A stretch of DNA of 62,055 nucleotides, the filler included. It is 14 parts of 14 records of this genome, joined end to end, with 100 filler letters (N's around TTAATTAATTAA, not from the genome) between each part and the next. Parts side by side here need not be neighbours in the genome. Positions count along the whole stretch, not along the records: positions 54,805 to 62,055 come from SRR7504441_32354; 13 more parts are not named here. One strand, given 5' to 3'. Below are positions 56,308-62,055 of this stretch, one piece after another. Position 1 is the first letter of the stretch. Each line of letters opens with the position of its first letter. Under the pieces are notes generated by a model. That model did not search any database, was not told the origin of the DNA, and saw nothing but the letters and a program-made list of their open reading frames with translations. The translations under genes were made by a program, and so were the position numbers.

Positions 56308-59300
56308 TCAACGCTTTAGGTGGCTCACGTTGTGGATCAGAATCAAGAGCACGGCCCGAGCGACCAGGAACCAGCACCCGAGCACCATCACATCGTAGAA
56401 CCGGAAATCATACCGGTAGCCGTGAAGGAAATTATTGAGCACGTAGTCTCCGACTTCGGCAACATACCCGGTCACATGCCCAAGGTTGCCATCGGCTGTG
56501 CAAATCCCAAGCGGATAATCTTTTGGAACTTTTGCAGAACAGCTCGGGCAAGGCACGCCTAGAGGCACGCACATGTGGGTCGTGTCTCCATAGAACCTGC
56601 GGACAGAGGCTGTCAGCCAGGCTCTGGATCAGGGAGCACTCACTGCGTGGTAAGCGCGCCCTCCTGAGCCCACTTCTGGGGAGAAAACCAGAAGAGCCAC
56701 TTGTAATATGAAGGGATGTGGTCATAGGGCACCGAGGTCCCGGCAAACAGCGAGCAAATGTTGACAAACAGAGCGGCGACTAGCTGGCTGGCCATCACGT
56801 TGGGCATCATGGCTGAGAGTACCATCCCCATCGTAGTTTGGGCTGCCACGTAGAGGAAGTAGACCAAGTTGTAGTACAGCCAAGGGAAGGTCGCACTTTG
56901 GAACCCGATCAGCCAATACCTGGCAGGCTGGGCTCAGATGCGGCTACTCGAGCTGATCTCACATTGTGTTGACGCCGATCAAAGTCTCAAGCACCAGGTA
57001 AGGCAGTTCGACCCACGTGGAGAAGACGTACGCACTGTTGGTGTACATTCCTGACGATCTCTCTCGATAGAACACGCTCCGCTGTGCGGTGAAGAACGGG
57101 ATCATTGTGTACAGGTTGTAGATGCCGCCTGGAGACAGTCAGCTCTGACAGGCCAGCGCAGGCAGTCACCAAGCATCACCATGAAGGCCACTACCGAGCA
57201 GCGTGACTGCACCGCTGCCGCGTTCGTGTACTCTTGCTGCTCAAAGATCAGGGCGACCAGCCCAGAGACGAAGAAGATCACAAACAGCCGGGCGAACGAG
57301 AACGACGGCGATCGCCAGTACTGAATCACAGCCCGCCAGAGCACCTCGCCGAACTGGACAAGCATCGGGGCCGTGTAAGCGTCGGGGATCGGCGCCGACT
57401 TGGTCGCTTCTCCCATTTCGCGCACAGTGGAGAGGTTTTCGTAGCCAAGCTGGGAGCGCTCGTAGAAGCCGATCCAGTTTTGGGACTTGTCCTCCATGAT
57501 CACTTCGAGCATCCAAGTGGCCGGATTGTAGTTCTCTTGCAGCTTGTTCTCGGAGACTGAGAAGTAGTCCACGAGGTCTTGCTGGTCGCACCCGAGGTCC
57601 TCCTTGAAGAAAACTGGATAGCCACCTCGGGTGTTGCCACCTGCATCGACACTGCCATCTTTGCCCAGCAACAGCAGCCCGTCGAACTTGTTGAAAATGT
57701 CGATATTGGGCTGGTGGATTGTGGCCAGAATGGTGCGGCCGGTGTCTGCGATCCTCTTCATCGACTTCATCACGATCATGGCCGCGCGAGCATCCAAACC
57801 TGCAGCATACACCCACTCACTCCTGAACGGCCAGGGAAGCGGCTGACCAGAGGTCGGCTCGTCAAGGAAAAGCACCGCTGGGTTGGCCACGACCTCGACC
57901 CCGATGGTGAGCCTCTTGTTCTCTTCGATTGAGGTGTGCAGCACGAGCTTGTTCCCGAGAATTCCGTCGAGCTCCAACATCCTCGCAACCTGTGCACGGA
58001 TCAGCAAGACGCACTCTCTGCCTCACCTGCTGCACAAACTTGTCCCGGATCGCCGGCTCGACGCCGTTCCGCAGAGTCGCCGAGAATTGAAGCGCCTCCT
58101 GCGATCAGCCACAGTGAGAGGCGGCGTGTCTTGAGAAGCGCACCATCACGGTCGAAGTTTCATTGTGACAGCCGAATTGCTCAACATACCTGCAAAAAGC
58201 AGAAGCCAGTAAGGCGGGGGTTGACGCCAGCAGAGGCACCCGACGGAGTTGGCAAACTCCTTGGGGTCCATCGTGTGTCCATTGAGTGCAATGGTTCCCC
58301 TGCATTCGCCCTCGGTCTTGCGGCCTGCGAGCACATCGAGCAGAGTCGTCTTGCCAGCCCCAGAGGCACCCTACAAAACCACACTGTCGGCACAATTCAT
58401 TCAGAGCTAGGACCATCAGGGCTGTCATCTTGTATGGCTTGGCCCATCCGGTGACGTTGTTCAGAATGTAGTAGTCTTTCGACGGGTCGTCCTTGGCTGG
58501 GACCAAGTAATCGATATTCTCAAACGAGAAGGTCGTCGGAGTGCAGTCGATGTCCAGTTCGAAGTCGTCTTGCACCACATCGATCAACTGCTGTGTCGCA
58601 TCGCGCTCCTCGGGCTCCCCTTTGAACCAGCGAGGGCTGGCCAGATCAGCTTCGGATGGATCGTAGTCAGCATCCTCTGAGACTTCGTGAGGGACTTCGT
58701 AATTGAAGTAGTTGAGCGCATAGCACTGCATACAGAAGGCAAGCACGATCCAGCCTCCGATCACGGCCATCGCGCCCCAGAGGTAGGTGTCATCGGTCTG
58801 GAACTGCCGGTTCTTGAGGTAGAACTGACCGCAGCTCATGCTGACCTTTTGACCCAAATATGTACAGAATGGGTTGCCGTCTGCATCGAACTGGTTGTTG
58901 TACTTGGCTGTCCTGAACTCATTGATGGCCAAAGCTGGACACAAACAGCTCAACAGGCCGGCACCTGGGCTGGCTAGCGGACCTTGGTAGCCCCAGGCCT
59001 GGGGGTTGATCCAGTACATCCATTTGAGCCAGTTGGGGATGACGTCTGGGGTGGCGATAGCGCCAGCAAACACCATGTAGAGCAAGATGAACATGACAGC
59101 GCAAGTGAACGAGGCCGACTCATTGGGCAGCGCGTAGGCAAACATGGCCGCGTGCTGGTTCATGCACACGGCATACATGATGCCGATTGTCATGAAGATC
59201 GCCCAGGCTTCCAAATCCCTTGCCATGCCGCACATCCAATAGAGGAGATTGCCGAATACCATCGCATCAAACACATTGAATGGTAAGAGCGTGAGCGTCT

Positions 59301-61657
59301 CCGCCACAGCGAAGTGTGTCCCGCTGTAGAGCTTCTGGTTCCGATGCTTGTAGAAGATCGCCCGTTCACGGCTCATCTGGTTGATTGGTCCAATGGTGCC
59401 CGCCTGCCCCACACAGTGTCAGCCAGGGCCCAGACAGGCCGCTGCCTGCATGAACCCGAGCATCTGGAAACAGATCATTGAGCGGAGGTACCACTGGTCG
59501 TCTGCGATCTGCCAGAAGAGCGACCCGAAGATGAGCCCCATCATCAAGTTCTGCACCACCCTGCCCACAACCACCGCGAAATTCCGCTTACGCAGCTTCC
59601 AAGACCTGCCCGTTGTGAGCGCTGCCGTTATTTATGCAGTTGCAGCACCGGTCAAGTACGAGCATCATGCTCTGCGACCAACTGGGGGTTGGCTTGTCGT
59701 TGTACCGTGCAAGCACGTCCTCACCGAGCTCCTCTTTCTTGGTCTGGAGATGGTGCTCCTGCAGGTCTGCCTGCTGCGCCTTGTACAGCTCGGACTGTTT
59801 CCACCTTTCGACCAGCCCTGCTACGTTCTTGGGCACGGTAGGGTCAGCCCGGGCATCGCGGGTGAGGAACTGCAGCCCATTCGGGGTCGGAATGTCCTGC
59901 AGGTAGTCGCCGATGTCTTTCCGCTTGGGGCACTTGTAGCCCATGTCCTCAAAATACTTTTTGGCATCCTTGGTCGGTCCGTGGTAGATTATCTGGCCCT
60001 CAGCCAGCAGGATCGTGTCCTCGAACAGCGCGATCACGTCAGGCGCAGGCTGCAGCAGCGCCACCACGCAATTGACCTGGAAGATGGACGCCACCGCCAC
60101 CAGAAACTGGCAAATCTGTTGCGTCGAGCTCGAATCAAGCCCAGTCGAAATCTCGTCACACAGCCAGATCAGCCCCCCAGTGACTAGCATCTCCCCGAGC
60201 GTCGTCCGCCGGCGTTCGCCTCCGGATATGCCTTTCATGAGCCCGTCCTGGGTGCCCACTATAGTCTCGGCGGTCTTGCCGTCAATCATCAGCACTTTGA
60301 GGTAGAATTCAACCGTCTTTTGCTGGATTCGGCGCAGCTTCTGCCACGCCTCCACTCCGATCATCTGCTGCACTCGCTGTACTCGCGGGTCGTCCACCTT
60401 TGGCTGCGTCACGCACCGCCAGGCAAACTCCAGTGTCTCGCGCGTGGTGAGTGACGGCTGGTGGATATCCTCCTGCGCCGCTCAGCTCAGCAACCGCCCG
60501 GAGCACAAGGGGCGCCTGTCCTACGAAGGTGGCCCAGCGCGCCCTGTTCAGCTCAGCCACATCGACCCCATTGAATGAGACCCCCCCGTCAAAGCCTTTC
60601 TTGCCCTCGAGCAGCCCCCCGAGCAGCTTGAGGAAGGAGCTCTTGCCAGCCCCGGGCGGTCCGAGTAACTGCCCCGCGTTAACTGACCGCTCGACAACGT
60701 GGTGGCACCAGCGTGGATCGACCTCCCTTGATCACTCCAGAGAGCCGATTCTCGCTGCTCCCCAGGATGTAGCGGGTCTTGGGCGTGGGCAGCCTTCCGA
60801 GCATCGCTTTGACAAGTTTAACCACACCAAAGCATAGGCAGCACGCCGTCCCGACAGCAGTGTTGCCGACCTGTCAGCGACTCACCCGCTGCCCGCCAGT
60901 GCCCCGCACCGTGGCGATCCCGCCTCCAGGCATGACCTCCGCCGTGTATTCGACATTGTCGAACCGAATTGCCGCCTGCCGGCCTTGCTCGCACCCCCAG
61001 CGCGCGTCACGCCACCTCGTAATTAAACGTGCTAGAGAACGCCGCTTTGAGCTGCTTCAGGAAGCCCTGGACGCCTTCCTTGCCGCCGAGCAGCTCCTCG
61101 ATGTCCTGGGTCTCCTTGCTGAAGTCGATCCCGGTGTCGTCAAGTTGTTCGACCCACTCGGACAGACTCTCAGTAATGTGCCGCTGGGTCTCCTGCTGCA
61201 GCAACGGACTCGCACGACTGCCCAGCGTCCGGTGAAGCTCCTCGACTCTCGCCGCCACCTGCCGCGCAAAGTACTTGGCCGTCTCGTCCGCCCGCTCCCG
61301 GCTGTTGCTCTTGATGCTCCACTGTCCCGGGCTGGCCGCCGGCCGGGCCGGCTGGTCACCTTGCCAGCAACCGCCACTTCCGATTCAAACTTGTGCAGCG
61401 TGTCCGGCGCCCCCGCCCCCGGCTGGACGGTGGAGGACAGCACCTGCCCGCCCGTCAGCGGCCGGCCATCGAGCCCGCACCACGGCGTCGCCCCCGTCGG
61501 CCGGCGGCGGCGAGATGGCGGCCGAGAAGTCGAGTTCGACCTTGTCGGTCATCTCGGAATGGACCGCCGCGCGCAGCCGGCCCCAGTTCGGGTTGGGCTT
61601 GGGCTCGGGCGGCACCAGCAGCGGGTTCTCGTCCACCCGCGGGTCTGCCGATTCCAT
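56308..61657 (-). CDS. Full-size ABCG (PDR-type) transporter NBD-TMD-NBD-TMD, about 17 introns (two GC-AG)
   Basis: LLGPPGAGKS, GISGGERRRTTLGE, CDEISTGLDS, ERAIFYK, MTALMGASGAGKT, KRLTIGVE, FLDEPTSGLDARAA, TIHQP, NPATWML, YWRSP; ends VSHLKR*. Confidence 0.93.
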
Positions 61658-62055
61658 CACGTCCGGGATACAACCGCGGGATGAAGCCGTTTTCGTGCCG
61701 TTATTCAGCGCCAACGGCAAGCTCGAGCGAGGAACGTGGGCGAATCGTGGAACAAGGTGCCGACCCCGGCCCTCTGTGCCGGCCATCCCGCCTAGCGTCG
61801 GGGCGATGAGGACACACATTCACAAGTTATCCCTGGCTGATCCAGGCCGGCGCCCTGTGCAAGGGCGTCCGGCCGATTGCGTGCTGAGAAAACTCATCTC
61901 TGAGCTCTCCCTTGCCCCCCACCCCTGGCCACCGCCCGCCGCCCCAGCCTTCTGAGCCGTGCCGACAGGTCAGCCGACGAGCCGCCGGGTCTTGCCGTCA
62001 GCCGGCTCTTGAGGTGCGACCGCCTGTAATGAATGATAACGCCCGAACAATAGTG

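Noticed and set aside
1-62055. tRNA, rRNA, CRISPR arrays, transposase or viral hallmark genes
   Set aside because: None recognisable by eye; a covariance-model search was not possible

Overview
This window is not a prokaryotic locus. It is 14 short contigs (about 3.5-7.3 kb) from a compact, GC-rich, intron-dense unicellular eukaryote, joined by artificial 100-bp N44-TTAATTAATTAA-N44 spacers, so neighbourhood across spacers is meaningless. The organism is probably a flagellate (TEX47/DYBLUP-like gene); its lineage cannot be assigned from sequence alone. Many ORF-track entries are exon fragments or antisense shadows. Splicing by hand gives about 35 genes or gene fragments, including RAD51, ARP1/centractin, BUD23, CWC21, RPS30, mitochondrial L20, full-length dihydropyrimidine dehydrogenase, a PDR-type ABCG transporter, a two-pore channel, TMEM135, a PXK/Slob pseudokinase, and AlkB, SET and MgtC proteins. 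The most notable sequence-level signals are: (1) a Myb-type YAACGG/CCGTTR hexamer in most promoters; (2) head-to-head gene pairs with start codons only about 50-170 bp apart; (3) tiny 35-50 nt introns with degenerate donors, G-rich GGCAG acceptors and frequent GC-AG boundaries; (4) a TBC(RabGAP)-EF-hand-myotubularin pseudophosphatase fusion visible only after splicing; (5) a divergent Josephin-like protease; (6) presequence-bearing nucleobase-catabolism enzymes. All family assignments come from motif recognition by eye, not from database searches.
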